Positions 24,846-37,688 of a DNA stretch of 64,000 nt are shown one piece after another. The notes below the pieces were generated by a model. It made no database searches. It worked only from the letters and a program-made list of their open reading frames with translations, and was not told the origin of the DNA. The position numbers and the translations under genes are program-made. Each line of letters starts with the position of its first letter. The stretch's first letter is position 1. Source of the DNA: Centroscyllium fabricii (taxonomy: Eukaryota); the NCBI GenBank assembly GCA_051313645.2, contig JBNRSN020000003.1:431706001-431770000 (forward strand), written 5' to 3'.

Positions 24846-25840
24846 GGGCCCCAGCTGTTTACATTATATATTAATGATTTGGACGAAGGGATTAATTGTA
24901 GTATCTCCAAATTTGCGGATGACACTAAATTGGGAGACAGTGTGAACAATGAGGAGGATGCTAGGAGGCTACAGAGTGACTTGGACAGGTTGGGTGAATG
25001 GGCAAATGTATGGCAGATGAAGTACAATGTAGATAAATGTGAGGTTATCCACTTTGGTGGTAAAAATAGAGAGGCAGACTATTATCTGAATGGTGACAGA
25101 TTAGGGAAAGGGGAGGTGCAACGAGACCTGGGCGTCATGGTACATCAGTCACTGAAGGTGGGAATGCAAGTGCAGCAGGCGGTCAAGAAAGCAAATGGCA
25201 TGATGGCCTTCATAGCAAGGGGATTTGAGTACAGGAGTAGGGAGGTGATGCTACAGTTGTACAGGGCCTTGGTGAGGCCACACCTGGAGTATTGTATGCA
25301 GTTTTGGTCTCCTAACTTGAGGAAGGACATTCTTGCTATTGAGGGAGTGCAGCGAAGGTTCACTAGATTGATTCCTGGTATGGCCGGACTGACATATCAA
25401 GAAAGACTGGATCAACTGAACTTGTATCCTCTGGAGTTCAGAAGAATGAGGGGGGATCTTACAGAGACGTTTAAAATCCTGACTGGTTTAGACAAGTTAG
25501 ATGCGGGCAGAATGTTTCCAATGTTAGGGAAGACTAGAACCAGGGGTCACAGTCTAAGGATAAAGGGGAGGCCATTTAAGACTGAGATGAGGAGGAACTT
25601 CTTCACCCAGAGAGTGGTGAATCTGTGGAATTCTCTGCCACAGGAGGTTGTTGAGGCCAGTTCGCTAAATATATTCAAAAGGGAGTTAGATATAATACTC
25701 ACAACTAGGGGGATCAAGGGGTATGGCGAGAAAGCAGGAATGGGGTACTGAGGTAGCATGTTCAGCCATGAACGCATTAAATGGCGGTGCAGGCTCGAAG
25801 GACCGAATGGTCTACTCCTGCACCTATTTTCTATGTTTCT
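24846..25840 (+). mobile_element. CR1 (HER1-like) LINE, 5'-truncated, open RT C-terminal ORF and 3' tail
   Basis: GPQLFTLYINDL...SKFADDTKL...RPHLEYC..FWSP; ORF ends at 25751; ctatgtttct tail. Confidence 0.92.
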
Positions 25841-26594
25841 AAGATAGCTTCAGCACTTTAATAATTAAAAACACTTTCTCCAGAACAGGCAAAGTATTGC
25901 AGCATCTGGCTCCTCTAATGGCAAATCCATTGAGTGGTGTGGCACTGAGCTATGTACATAGAGGTCCCAAGTTCTGTGCTGTGGGCAGCAGTTAGCTTTA
26001 GCACCTTCAGGATGGAGGCAATGGAGAATGAATCAGCCTGGCTTCCCATCCCTGCTCTCTATGCACTGATCTGTTGCTAGAAATGCAAATCAGGGGAGAA
26101 TGTGTTTCGCCTTAGCTATATTAGCCTCCACAGTCAAAGAACCTACCAAGACTCACCATCTAGGCTTCAAGTGAAGAATGGCCGTTTGGCGTACAATGGT
26201 AACTGTACCCAGAATGAATGACAGGCTTCAGGAGAATAATTAGAGGGGAGGCAATAAAAGAAATGCTGTCGATCAAGTACATCAGGTCCAATGTTATTCA
26301 ACCTCAGATTTTACATTACAAAGAATACAGCCCACTGCAGGAGAGCTGATCAGAAGGCTCAAATGACCCTATTGTGAAATTGTTTGTTACGTCAGTGTCT
26401 GGTATATTTCTGATGCTTTACAGACAGACAGAAATTTACTGTAGCAAGTGCTCCTTTGATTTTACCTATATCATTGACAAATTAACTTTACAATTTCTAT
26501 TTCATGATGGTCGACTATTCTTCAACAAATTTTATCAATTCATAACAAGGCTTTATTGAAGAACAATCATTCAATGGAAAACTATTTCAATATA

Positions 26595-27164
26595 CAAGGT
26601 TGAAGTTCGTTAATCCGGCACAGGCGGGATCAGGCCCGTACCGAACAAGTGAAAATCCCGAACGATTGAAGTTTTGGCGAGCGCATGCGCAGACCATTCA
26701 AAATGGCCACCGCGAAAGGCCGGCGGCCATTCTGAGTGGTCTGCACATGCGCTGATCGTTCGGGGAGGCTCGCAGCGGCCAGGCTCGGGCAAGCTCGCAG
26801 CGGCCAGGCTCGGGGAAGCTCGCAGCGGCCAGGCTCGTGGAGGCTCGCAGCGGCCAGGCTCGTGGAGGCTCGCAGCGGCCAGGCTCGAGGAAGCTCGCAG
26901 CGGCCAGGCTCGGGGAAAGCTCGCAGCTGCCAGGCTCGTGGAGGCTCGCAGCAGCCAGGCTCGTGGAGGCTCGCAGCGGCCAGGCTCGGCCATTGTGAAT
27001 GATCTGCGCATGCACTCGCCGTTCGGCGGCACATGCGCAGATCATTCTGCCAAAGCATCGATCGCGGTGGCCATTTTGCACATGCGCAGGGCAGTTGGGG
27101 AAATTATTGCCGGACGTTCGAAGTTGCCGGTTTTTCGGGTGCCGGATTAACGAACTTCAACCTG
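26595..27164. mobile_element. Tigger/pogo-like MITE with an internal 25-bp minisatellite
   Basis: TA TSD and TIRs; about 9 units of GAGGCTCGCAGCGGCCAGGCTCGTG at about 26762-26989. Confidence 0.87.
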
Positions 27165-27345
27165 TAGTAGATCTGCAGCAAGCATCCCAACACAAAGGGA
27201 GTCTACAATAGGCAGCTGCAATCAAGGCTCGGCCTGTGCATGCGGCCTGATTTATACACTGCATGTTTAAGATTCCCCCAAAGCATGGTGGCAAACTTAA
27301 TTCAATGTTTGATTTAGTTTGTTCCCAAATAACCTTAATTAACTG

Positions 27346-27592
27346 CTGTCTCCTGTCCAAAGACCACCCCCCCCCCCTCAACCAGCATCTTGTCTCATTT
27401 TGAATACCTCTCTAAGTCTTTTCTCTTTGTGCAGTCTTCTCCCTGCCCCCTCCCACCGCCTTCCTGCTTGTGTTTCATTTCCCAGCTTTAGTTTTGACAA
27501 AGGGTCTGAACCTGAAATGTCGACTCTATATTTCTCTCCACCGATGCTGCCTGGCCTGCTGAGTTTTGCCAGCATTTTCTGTTGTTATTTAG
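27346..27592 (+). mobile_element. Penelope-like family 2 3' fragment
   Basis: 13-bp TSD CCTTAATTAACTG; degenerate hammerhead (TTGACAAAGGGTCTGAACCTGAAATGTC) followed by gatgctgcctggcctgctgag... Confidence 0.68.
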
Positions 27593-27746
27593 CCTTAATT
27601 AACTGTTTGGTTTTCTGATAGGCTATCACCAAAACAAACTTCGCTCAATGCTGGTGAGACACCGCAGCTGGAAGTGAATGTTTTATTGTGAGATTTTGCT
27701 GCTTGAAGCTAAAATCTAAAAGAGAGCCCACCTTCTTTAAACTTAC

Positions 27747-27820
27747 TTTAATGACTTTGTCTCTTCAGATGAAGTTAGTGGTCCCATATTCAACGACATA
27801 GGTTCCTTCTTCTTATCGAT
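27747..27820 (-). CDS. NUP188: NUP188 exon
   Basis: IDKKKEPMSLNMGPLTSSEETKSL(K); AG/GT ends, 74 nt, phase fits neighbours. Confidence 0.92.
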
Positions 27821-28322
27821 CTAGAGAGAATGAAACACATCCAAGTAAAGATAAGACACAAAAATATAGCATGTATATTGCCATGCCAGAAACAGACCAT
27901 GAGGATGTCGGCGTGTGAATATTCTCTATTTGTACTGTAAGCCAGTGTATTTAGGTGGCAGATTTTGTTTTTTTCCCCCCTCCTCCTCGAGCTCCACTTA
28001 TGGTTGCTGCCATCTGGTACCTCACTCAGCTGTCTGTTCTTCACAAGCCAGTCTGAACAGGCTATTCAATAATGTGGCATCACAACTGAGCAGAACCTGA
28101 ACTCACTCGAGATCCACACACACTTGCCACCAGAGGCCACTTGATAACCATCAGAAGCAGCAACCTCGACAGATTTTCATCCCTCCCTATTTTAGGGGCT
28201 TGGAGACCAATTGAAGCACTTAAGATTTTGACCTCTTAAAGAATCTACTACAGGAAAAAAATGTAGCACTTACACACTTCTTTATTAGGTCTCCTTTGTC
28301 TACAAATCTCGAGAAATTAATT

Positions 28323-28737
28323 AGAACATAAGAAATAGGAGGAGTAGGCCATTCGGCCCTTCGAGCCTGCTCCGCCATTCAATAAGATCATGGCTGATCT
28401 ACCTCATCTCCACTTACACTATCCCCATACCCCAAGATTCCCTTAATATTCAAAAACCTATTGATCTCGGTCTTGAATAAACTCACCGACTGAGCCTCCA
28501 CAGCCCTCTGGGGTCGAGAATTCCAAAGATTCACCACCCTCTGAGTGAAGAAATTTCTCCTCATCTCAGTCCTAAATAGCCAACCCCTTATTCTGAGACT
28601 GTGACCCCTGGTTCTAGACTCCCCAGCCAGGGGGAAATATCCTCCCTGTATCTACCCTGTCAAGCCCAGTAAAAATGTTGTATATTTCAATGAGATCACC
28701 TCTCAATCTTCTCTACTCTAGAGAATATAGGCCCAGT
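28323..28737 (-). mobile_element. CR1 3' fragment
   Basis: reverse complement of the RT C-terminus (RGHSLRIRG..FFTQRVVNLWNS) and tail. Confidence 0.85.
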
Positions 28738-28827
28738 CGGGCTTTCAGTCTAATGAGAAAGAAAGTGCCAGGCAATGTAAAAAAAAAACTGCCATGGGGA
28801 AAAGTTGAGCTTTTCCTGAAACACATT

Positions 28828-29851
28828 GGGCCAGAAATTCCGATGCCTAAAGCAGATGCCCACGGCGATGCCTACGAAAAATGCCCACGGATCCGAAATT
28901 TCCGATGCTGAGGGAAAAGGGCCCTTAGCATAATGCCCAGGAATGAGTTGCACCCAAAAATTTCGATTGAAAAAGGGTCATTTTTTTCCGTGATTCTGTG
29001 GGCAACGTTGCCTTCAGATGCCCTCGAAAAAAGCTGGAGTAACTCGTGGCCTTCAGATGCCCTCGAAAAAAGCTGAAGTAACTCGTGGGTTTCAGCGTGA
29101 AAAGGTAAGTTCTAGCAAATTTATTTCAGTTTTGATGTTTGAGTGGTGTTTAGTAAAAGTTGTGAGTGAGTGTGAACGTTTTAGAAAAAAAATTGAAAAT
29201 CGCGTTTTTAAGTGTTTTTTCCCTGTTTTTTTTAAACCAAAAATGGTGCTGGTTTTTTTCAACCAAATTAAGTACCTTCTAATCCCCCACTGCTGAAAGT
29301 ATTTTTTTTTGGATTTCAGTCTCAGATAACTGAGAAATGCATTTTTCATTTTAGTTAGTGGAGTGCTGAAAGGTTTCTGTTAAGGCTTTAAAAGTTAAGT
29401 TCCAGCAAAATAATTTCAGTTTTGATGTTTGAGTGGTGTTTAGTAAAAGTTGTGAGTGAGTGTTATGTTTCCGAAAAAATTTTGAAAATCGCGTTTTTAC
29501 CCGTTTTTTTTAACCAAAAATGGTGCCGTTTTTTTTCAACCAAATTGTTTGAATCAGCAGAAAAGCAAGCACATTTACCAAACTCTGCTGCTGAATAAAA
29601 TGGTTGCAGTTCTCTGCAGCACTTTCTGTACTTTGATCAGGGGGCGTGTGCATTTAAATTAGCCCTCAGAGGACGGGGCTTGCTGCAGCAAGCAAGCAGA
29701 AACGTTGCCCACCAAAACTGGCTGAGCAGAAACGATGCCCACGAAGAAGGTAATCAGTATCGGAATTTTCAAGGGCAAAAACGGGACGTCTCCCGTGGGC
29801 AACATAACAGAAACGATGCCCACGAAACGGGTCAAGCGGAATTTCTGGCCC
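28828..29851. mobile_element. PIF/Harbinger-like non-autonomous element
   Basis: 3-bp TSD ATT on both sides; TIR GGGCCAGAAATTCC; subterminal GATGCCCACG repeats; internal duplications. Confidence 0.78.
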
Positions 29852-30584
29852 ATTACATTTTTTATTGCGATTGCGTTTTGACACAAAGGATAACATGAAT
29901 TATGCATCCTGTTAATCTGCCAGTTATTCTTCACACAATATCCTACATGGGTGTGGAAGAAATTTTAATAAGGTGTGTTGAAGGATGGTTTACGATTAGT
30001 GGGACATGCTATCGCACACAGGTTCAGTCAAATCTCATATGTGCAGTTACAATGCTGACAGTCTAAACTCTCCTGCTCCTATTTCTTACGTTCAATCTTT
30101 TAAATTGAAACTAGCACATCTTCCATGGCATTGATCACAATAAGTCAAAGGATATGCTGTTTTATAAGGACAGGAACATTATACCACATAGCATACAATG
30201 TATTATTCTACTGCTAAGGTAGCACTGTCACTGATGTGTCTTTAAGACCACGAGATCTAATTGCTATATAGATAAATCCAGAGATCAATTATAGGCAGAT
30301 TCTGAGATCAATTAGACCATATTTCATTTTGGTGGGAAATTTTCTAGACTGGCAAATGCTTGTAAATCCTTAACCCAAAATGACTCTCTCTTAAAATTAT
30401 ACCCAGCAATCTGTATGCGCGACAGACACATTTGAAAACATACACATGGAAGGGCAGTTTACCCCACAAGCAAACACTCAAACAAAACTAGTGGCCACAA
30501 ATAGGCTGACAGTGCATTCTGTTTACATCAAAAGGTTAAAAAAAACTTAAAATACCAGCTGATCAACAAAGCTTACTCTTGGTA

Positions 30585-30885
30585 CAGATGGCTCAGTAAG
30601 TAAATGCACCATCTTAGACTACGGAGGACGTGTGTTCGCTCCCCAAGCTGTGCTGAGTTACCAGATCTCGGCAGGGGTAGCAATGTTGGGATTACAGTTT
30701 GGCTCAGTGTCTCCAGTAAGCTTGGCTGAAAATGTGAATGTCTAGTAAGAATATCTGGTAACCCCGTCAGTCAAATGGTCTATCGAGAGTCACAGCCAAG
30801 GTTTACGCATGCACGCATGAAAAATGACCATTTGGATGATGCACTAGAAAGTTGCCAGTAGTTGTGGAACTGTACGCCAGCAAGC
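30585..30885 (+). repeat. Old SINE-like family (other copies at about 25915-26250 +, 37260-37435 +, 27970-28220 -, 34790-34975 -)
   Basis: shared tggctcagtaagtaaatgcac head and tgaagaatggcc...aactgtacccag segment. Confidence 0.45.
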
Positions 30886-31136
30886 ATCTCTGCTGTGATC
30901 ATGTAAAAAGATTAGATATGGTGAAGGCAGCATAGCTTCATTACTTCTTGAGAAAGCAGCTGGAAACCTCAAGATATTGTGGGAAGATGAAAAAAGTAAG
31001 AACCACAGAAGCAATTTTAATAACCCTGAAAAACTGAATGTTAGGATAAATGTGGTCTAAATTTTCAGCCATCGCCATGGATTCAAATGTATGATTGTAT
31101 GTGCCATACTAAGGTCATGCCTCCTCAACCTCTTAC

Positions 31137-31268
31137 CTCTCCCTGCATGTTCAGTACAACATTCACAGTCGCTAGCAGAGTACCAAATGACGGAGCAACA
31201 TCAGAATCAAACGCTGGAGTAGTAAAGCTCAGGACGAAAAGCATATCATACTCGGCCAGATCCAGGGA
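31137..31268 (-). CDS. NUP188: NUP188 exon
   Basis: SLDLAEYDMLFVLSFTTPAFDSDVAPSFGTLLATVNVVLNMQGE; 132 nt. Confidence 0.95.
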
Positions 31269-32300
31269 CTGTGGGAATAAAATAAATTCATTTAGAACAA
31301 TAGGGGGAGGGGGAGGGGGTGGTGGGGGGGTGTCCATTATCTACCTGCTGTACATGGATCAGGACAAAAATGGTCCTGTCACCCAGTAGGAGGTGAGATT
31401 CCAGCCGTACGGTTTTTCTTAGCTCATAAAATGTCCACCATGTATGCTCCGTTTGATAGGTGAGCCAAGAACTGGCAAACTACACAAGCAGATTAAGTGA
31501 ATTCAAATCTTCAGGCACAACTGACATGCACACTCAGCCTCCCTCTAGCAAGGGAGCCTGCGCACCTTGACCAGGCTTTTGGGGGAGGCAAGAAAAACGA
31601 TATGGAACGTGGTCCTTCCACACAGCTCAAATGTGTTCTATCAAGTCAACAAGCAACAAAGATCACATACGTGTGGGTGTAATTTTGAAAGGAAAGTGAC
31701 AAAAATAAGTTACTTTGAAGAGCAACGGTTTTTTTTCATAATATTGGCTTTAAATTGCTAGGTCTCATCAAACAACTGCATTAAACTGCCCCGATGTATA
31801 GGTCCCGATTCTTCCTCATATCAACGTTAACGGTGCTGATTTAAATACAGCCCAACCTTGGAAGTTTGCCTCAGCTGGAACTGAACACCGTGCGGATTAG
31901 TGATTTGGCTAGAGTAGCAATCGTCCCGTTAAACAAAGCAAGATCACATCTCGGAATCTACGATACATGTGTTTTTATTTGACCTCGAAAGACAAATACA
32001 TGTACTGTACACTCAGAGGCAGAAAACAGGAGGGTGAGCATCATGGTATGCACGGAGAGTAGCCGGCATTAGGGAGAGGCAGGAGAATTAAGGTTTCTAT
32101 ACATTAGGGTCCCCACTCCTCTTTGGGGGGGGGGGGGGGTCGTCAGATTGCTGGTCTGTTCAGAGTGTCAGCTTTCAGTGTTATGGTGTCCCACTACACA
32201 CTGTGAATCTCAATACCCAAGAACATCTAAACAAACCATATTCAAATAAACTGCGTCGTGTTTGTTTCATACTAAGAATACATAGGCAATAATTAGTTAC

Positions 32301-32510
32301 CTGGTCCAGCATTATCTGGCAGAGATCAGGGGTAAAGTGTCGAACAGCTGCCAATGTCTTGCTCAGAATCCTGAGCAGACTGGACTGCACTTTCAGCAGT
32401 GCACGCTGTTCCACTTCCTCTTTTTCTGTGCTTTGCTGTTTTGTTGGAGTCTGAGTAGGTTTTGGTTGCCGAGGAAGAATTGCAGATGGAATAGTGTCTC
32501 CGTTCTTTAC
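32301..32510 (-). CDS. NUP188: NUP188 exon
   Basis: VKNGDTIPSAILPR...LLKVQSSLLRILSKTLAAVRHFTPDLCQIMLDQ; 210 nt. Confidence 0.94.
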
Positions 32511-32970
32511 CTGTGGGATAAAATCATATTTGATGCAATTATTGTACATTTTCTCCGATAGGATCTGCCTCATCTCCAAATATAGTCATCTATATAGCGA
32601 GAAGTACAAATATTGAGTCAACTCTCTGTAACCAGTTGCCAACAGGCTTGATACAATCTCCAAGTTCCTGCTCAGAGATGGAACTTAAACTTTTTTTTAC
32701 AAAAAAAAAGGGTAATCGGAAAAAGTTTTGAAAGGAGGCAGTTAAAATGTAACATTGTGGAGGCATTCAAATTAGTAAACAGAACAGACAGTAAATTCAA
32801 AACACTACTTCAAGCAGGACATTTTTACATAATAGAAATGCTATTGACTGCAAACGTTCGTTTCCCTCTGTCAGCTGCACTCCATCGTGTGAATCTTCCA
32901 CCTGCCTCGTAGGCCACTAAAATGTGGATCTTCATCATGCTAAGAGAGCCAGTTTTAGTAAACAAATAAT

Positions 32971-33727
32971 GGGCCAGTATTTCCGATCGCGGATATCCCG
33001 TTGGAGCTCGGGTGCGAGCGCACCAGAGCTCCAACTCGCATGAAGTACCCGTTTGCAGCTGCTTCATGACTTTCCGAAGGCGGCCAGCAGGGGGGGGCAG
33101 AGCTGCATCGCACGAACCTGCGGACCACGTGGTGCGCAGTAACTTTCTGTTTTTTTCCCTAAGATTTTCATCGGGGTAAGTATGGAAGATTCTACGCTTG
33201 GAAATAGCAGTCGTAAGCACCCGTTGTTAGCAGATAAGTCTTTATGTTATTGATTTTAAGTGTTGTTCTTTTAGGTTTATAATTATTGTTAACTTTAAAG
33301 ACAGGTAAGTATTCTTTTAGGCCTGTTAAAGAGTGTAAATATTTTTTCGAAATTTTTATTTTTTCTTTAAAATAGGTAATTTATGTTAGTTGGCTTACTG
33401 TTAAAAAAAGGTGGTGATTTTAAAATTTTATTTTTGAGTTTAGATGTGTATTGGAAGATCTCTCTTTTGAAAACTTACACAGATTTCTCCGTGGAGGTTT
33501 TGAATGGAGGATTGCTTCCATTGATTGGCTCTCTGCCGATCACGTGATCTCGTAGGAGATTTCGAACTGATTACGCCGTTCAGTTGCACAAGGAGCTCAC
33601 ACAGAGCTCTGACAAGCTGTGCAACTCGGAAAGTCACAGTGCAAAAGCTCAAAACTGAAAAAGTGCTGGGTATGCGCTAATAACAGCACTGCACACGCAT
33701 GAAGGCTCCAGGACTAATTTCTGGCCT
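32971..33727. mobile_element. Harbinger-like non-autonomous element (more diverged)
   Basis: GGGCCAGTATTTCC ... AATTTCTGGCCT ends; GC-rich arms around an AT-rich core. Confidence 0.6.
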
Positions 33728-34974
33728 GTTACATTTCTCTCTGATCTTGGTATAGAAGCAGAGCCCAGCACCCCTACAGGGCCGATTGTCCGAATTTAAA
33801 AATAGGACAGTGGTGTACAGACATAGATTTCCTAAAACTGGATGCAACACAAGTATAAAAATGATGGTAGACAAGGGGTCACAGGTTCAAACCAGCATAC
33901 GGCAAATTTAGGACTCATCAGGAAATTGTACTTCACACAAACGTGGATTAGTCCATCATGTAGGATAGTGGAGACAAATACCAGAGAATGATTTAAGCAA
34001 CAGTTACATGCTGTGATGGAGAGAATGTAGCCCTTTCTCAGTGAATAAGCTTAGAAAAAACAAATGGGGTGTCCTCATCTGAATCTGTCTCATGCTCTTG
34101 TAATTCATAGCCACAATAGTAGTTCTTTTGGTGGGAGCAGGGAATGAAAGAAAAATGGTTCTCTTGAACTGCTCGGCGTGCCTAGCAACTTAGCCAAGAG
34201 CTAACAAAATGAATTTAACTGATGTAGCAGGATCAGAGGGGGTCGGGCAGCTCTGGAACTCAGACACAACTCCCGACAGGTGCTTGCACTAACGGGCCGT
34301 GCTTTTCCATTCAACTAGCTGCACGCGTGCTCAAGATGAAGGACAACACTACTGCGGAATAGAACATTTCCACTCCAATATCATCCATCTTTCCCCAGAC
34401 ATGTATGGCAAAGATCAGATGGAAAGTTACATTTTCGCCCTTGTAAAGCCCAGGTGAATCTATCTCCTCCCAATTAGTGCTCCTGCATGGCCTTTGCTTC
34501 TTGATTGAAATGACTAAGTATGCATTAATGTTTGCGCTGCTGATTTCTGTACATCGATGTCTGAATTGAGACTGCTCCAATTCATTTCTACTCAACAACT
34601 GTCAGTCCATTATCATCGCACCGCTGACCATGGGTGACTGGATTTAAACGTATGCTGCAGACACATAAACATCTATTCTGCCACTCTTTCAACGTATTTC
34701 CTCTATGGCAACTTCCTTTCTGCTAGAAACATAAACTGTTATGCATCTATTAAACATTTCAAAAATTTCTACTATTTACCTCCAGCTAACTTTCCCCCTT
34801 CCCTCCTCTCCAGAAAGCACAGACTCCCTCACTGACTTACATTAGGGCAGTCACCCTATGGCCATTATTTGTGCATGCTTCAATGGTGAGTGCCCACCGT
34901 GGAAGATGTCACAACCAAACCTGACCCTAAGCGGACATCCCCACATACCTCCGGTAGGGGCTACTGTGTATCAA

Positions 34975-36050
34975 CAGAAGTGGTGGGATGGATTGAGAAC
35001 TGGCTGGCTCAGAGGAAGCAAAGGGTAGTGGTAGAGGGCCAATACTCGGGTTGGAGACCGGTCACCAGTGGGGTACCACAGGGGTCGGTGTTGGGGCCAC
35101 TGCTATTTGTAATCTTTATCAATGACTTGGAGGAGGGGACTGAGGGGTGGGTCAGCAAATTTGCGGATGACACAAAGATTGGGGGAGTAGTGGATGAGGA
35201 GGAAGGAAGTAGAAAGATTCAGAGGGATATAGATAGGATGCAGAGCTGGGCTGAAGAATGGCAAATGGAGTTCAACACGGGGAAATGCGAGGTGATGCAC
35301 TTCGGTAGGGCAAATATGAAGAGGGAATATAGGGTCAACGGCAGGGTCTTGAGTGAAGCAGAGCAGCAAAGGGACCTGGGAGTATATGTACACAGATCAT
35401 TGAAGGCTGCCACCCAGGTGGACAAGGCAGTAAAAAAGGCCTTTGGTGTATTGGCCTTCATCAACAGGGGAATAGAGTTTAAGAACCGGGAGGTCATGCT
35501 ACAGCTGTACAGGCCACTGGTGAGACCACACTTGGAGTACTGTGTGCAGTTCTGGGCACCGTACTACAGGAGAGATGTGGAGGCGCTGGAGAGGGTGCAG
35601 AGGAGATTCACCGGGATGCTGCCGGGAATGGGGGGAAAGTCGTACGAGGAGAGGCTGAGGGAGCTGGGACTCTTCTCCCTGGAACGGAGAAGGAAGAGGG
35701 GGGACTTAATAGAGATGTTTAAAATGATGAAGGGGATCGATAGAGTAAACGTGCAGAGACTGTTTCCCCGGGTGGGAAGAACGGCAACAAGAGGGCACGA
35801 GCACAAGATTCAAGGAGGAAGATTCAGAAGGGATGGCAGGGGCAAGTTCTTTACGCAGAGAGTGGTCGGGGAATGGAATAGGCTACCATCTGAAATAGTG
35901 GATGCGGACAGTCTGGGTGCTTTTAAAAGGATGATAGATAGGTACATGGAGGGGAAGGAGGAGTAGGGGGGACAGGAAAAAATCAGAGACGGACTAAGCG
36001 CGGCACTACATTGAGGGCCCAAGGGCCTGTACAGTGCTGTATGTTCTATG
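34975..36050 (+). mobile_element. CR1 LINE, 5'-truncated, open RT ORF
   Basis: SGVPQGSVLGPLLFVIFINDL...SKFADDTKIGG; stop at 35966. Confidence 0.92.
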
Positions 36051-36249
36051 TAAACCCGGGGTGCTAATTCGTCCTCGGCCGGGAATAAAACCTGGACCCT
36101 CTTGGCTTGTGTGCCCCCCCACCCCCGCCTCGGAGCTACGGGGACAAATTAAAAGATTTGTTTTTCTATTTTCATCAGCTGCTTTTAAATCTGATCCATT
36201 GGGAGAAGGTTAACAAGCAGATTGCTCGCAGAGTGGTTATATCATTTCA

Positions 36250-36655
36250 TTCACAATTCAATTCAAGTTTTATTGTCATTGCAGAGTACTAGTACAATAC
36301 ACCGAGACGAAGACTCGACGCTCCCGAGAGTAGTGCAAATAAATTACATGCAAATTGCATACAGATTGCATACAGTAAAGTACATTTTCAAGTGTGCAGG
36401 TACCGGAGTTTATTTTTTTAGAGTTCAGGAGGCTGACAGCCCTGTGGAAGAAGCTGTTCTTAAATCTAGTCGTGCGGGTGCGAATTGATCTGTAGCGTCT
36501 CCCGGAGGGCAGGGGGGGCGAACAGACTATGGCTGGGGTGTGTGGGGTCTTTAATAATGTTCAGAGACCTCCGTAAGCAGCGTTTGAGGTAGATGCTTTC
36601 CATTGATGGTAGCTGGGTACGGGTGATTCGTTGGGCAGTTTTGACTACCCGCAGT
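36250..36655 (-). mobile_element. Rex1/Babar 3' fragment
   Basis: closely similar to 49190-49580. Confidence 0.85.
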
Positions 36656-36864
36656 TTTGACAAACCCCATGGCTCAAGATTCAAGTGCCCACACAAAGCC
36701 GTTACTCAAAATGCGCAAGTCCCATAGTATGGTAAGTGCAGGTATTTAAAAATATGTGCCATCTTAAATACCATTAACCACACACTCTTTGAAAAGCTTG
36801 CTTTAAATATTTGACACTGCTCACATTCATAGTCAATACCCAATTAGAAGAAGAAACTACTAAC

Positions 36865-36939
36865 CTGGAGATAGTGTTGAAGCACTTTGGGGCTGTGAAG
36901 CAGAAAAGTGCACGTCTGGCATAGGTAACACAGGTTCAC
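36865..36939 (-). CDS. NUP188: NUP188 exon
   Basis: VNLCYLCQTCTFLLHSPKVLQHYLQ; 75 nt, AG/GT ends. Confidence 0.93.
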
Positions 36940-37550
36940 CTGTAATACACAGAACAAGTGGTTAACTACACCAAGGAGGAATACTTTCTCCACAAATCTA
37001 ACTTTTCTGGACCTACTGAAATGTGCACTTCGGTTCTGGTCTACCATCAACCAACATCCTGCTAAATCAACAGGAACTGAAAACAATCAGCACCAACAAA
37101 AACCAGAGCAAGAACCTGAAGACTTAAAAGCAGGTCTTAGCATAATAACACCCTATTTATCATACCCCACAACCTGCTGCACAACACCATATATTTCCAC
37201 TTAACAGTCTCCACAAAGTTACTCTTTGAAAGTTTCAAGCCAAGTACTTTCTGATGACCCAATTTGATAAATGCACTGTCCAGAACTGAACTGAGCCACA
37301 CACACCAGAAAGGTCACAGGTTTTTCCCCTCGTCTGTGCCGAGGTTGTGGCAGGAGCACAATTGGTCTCAAATTGTTCTGGACTAGGGATGACGATTAAA
37401 AAAAAGTCAGGGTTCTTGCTCCTGATTACATTTGATTAATCAGCACAACTCAAACAGTACAATGAGAGGATTTCAGTTTTCAATTATTCTATTAGAAGAA
37501 CGAGTGTCCTCTCGAGTTCAAGATCACACCTTGTGTGAGCTAAAGCTTAC

Positions 37551-37688
37551 CTGCACATCTCTCAGGAGTTGCGGCAGGTGGAAACGCCACTCTTTGATGA
37601 AGTTGGAGAGCTGAAGAATGAACCCAACCGTGTGATCAACTTCATCAAGGCAAGCCAAGCTCTGCACCTTCCGAACCGCATCCAAGCA
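37551..37688 (-). CDS. NUP188: NUP188 exon
   Basis: CLDAVRKVQSLACLDEVDHTVGFILQLSNFIKEWRFHLPQLLRDVQ; 138 nt. Confidence 0.95.

Noticed and set aside
24729-25751. 340-aa ORF (also 34890-35966, 60713-61420 and 49320-50063) as host or novel RT genes
   Set aside because: These are 5'-truncated CR1 or Rex1 LINE RT fragments; their listed starts fall in flanking or unrelated sequence, or are not true initiators.
26610-27150. Overlapping repetitive ORFs (also 45386-45793 and 53020-53547)
   Set aside because: Stop-poor GC-rich minisatellites inside MITEs, open in many frames, with no coding signature.
31302-31330. G-tracts as functional G-quadruplexes (also 32125, 50083 and 50140)
   Set aside because: Simple homopolymer runs that are common and prone to sequencing error, with no further support.
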